64,000 bases of DNA from Adineta vaga. Taxonomy: Eukaryota; Animalia; Rotifera. The notes below the pieces were generated by a model, which was given only the letters and a program-made list of their open reading frames with translations, was not told the origin of the DNA and ran no database searches. Below, in pieces: positions 63,361-64,000 of the stretch (its first letter is position 1; every line of letters starts with the position of its first letter). The stretch lies in the NCBI GenBank assembly GCA_021613535.1, contig CP075496.1, positions 8,742,001 to 8,806,000 on the forward strand, given 5' to 3'. The position numbers were made by a program, and so were the translations under genes.

Positions 63361-63649
63361 ATAAAATATTCATTTGAACTATTCTTTCTTTTATAGAACG
63401 TTTTCTCATAATGATCAAATTGTCTTTAATTGATCAATATATTTATATGATGAATCCTTTTTACTTATTCGTAGTTTTACATTCATAATAAAAACTGAAA
63501 GAAATAATAGATATTCGTCGGATCTAAGAAAAAGATAATTAAATCGCTTCGTGAAAATTTCGAAACAACTCTTTAATTATGATAAAAATTGATGGAATAG
63601 TATCGTGTTCATAGTATAGAAAATTCATATTTATTAATAAAATAATTTC

Positions 63650-63913
63650 TTACATAAAAACACAAAACAAAAGATATTGACACATCATAATCATAGCAAT
63701 CAATAACACTGATGCTAAATGACGTGATGTATTTGAATCAAATGGCATTGAATCCGCTAACGTTTTTACAGCCATCGTTGGTAACTGTTTATTGCAACTA
63801 TCTGTATAACAACAAAATCGTCGATGATAATGTTCATCAATTTCTTCACAATATTTTATACCACGTAAAATAACTTTGGTTATATCGGTTTTTGGATCCC
63901 ATGATTGCTCACT
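63650..63913 (-). CDS. Last exon of a Ly6/uPAR-like GPI-anchored protein (gene continues beyond the window)
   Basis: After acceptor ttctag: ..ILRGIKYCEE..FCCYTDSCN..hydrophobic tail, then TAA. Confidence 0.7.
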   Translation of the reverse strand, partial: SEQSWDPKTDITKVILRGIKYCEEIDEHYHRRFCCYTDSCNKQLPTMAVKTLADSMPFDSNTSRHLASVLLIAMIMMCQYLLFCVFM

Positions 63914-64000
63914 CTAGAAGATATTAAAAAATCTTTAACTGTATCGTATCTATTGGTTTATTTCGTCTCAACATACGATTTTGTCCAGAACAAATAACTT

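Noticed and set aside
1-64000. Prokaryotic defence operon, rRNA, tRNA or CRISPR
   Set aside because: Spliceosomal introns and animal genes occur throughout, and no RNA-gene signatures were seen.

Overview
AT-rich eukaryotic genomic DNA with short GT-AG introns (about 45-130 nt). The gene content (ADP-ribosyltransferase-TPR proteins, orphan class-A GPCRs, RING-less B-box/SPRY proteins, an F-box-ankyrin protein, an intron-bearing bacterial-type glycoside hydrolase) points to a bdelloid rotifer; this is an inference, not a database result. About 25 genes or pseudogenes can be supported. The main candidate system is a ~22 kb putative innate-immunity island at 26.0-47.6 kb. It holds two genes, plus a relic, in which a stonustoxin-like MACPF/CDC scaffold is fused to an atypical septin/AIG1-like GTPase in place of the PRYSPRY domain. 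It also holds two MACPF-less paralogous GTPases carrying a Cys/His-rich module that the fusions lack, a giant ART-TPR protein (~40 repeats) whose catalytic residues are degenerate, and an F-box-ankyrin gene, with two head-to-head gene pairs. Other notable items are a PDZ-PDZ-ART fusion, tandem 8-Cys secreted peptides, a TRIM-like cluster split into separate genes, a likely horizontally acquired GH99-like gene with three introns, and a gene-conversion tract between GPCR paralogs. Four single-base frameshifts in otherwise intact genes are most simply assembly indels. Domain calls come from motif recognition by eye.
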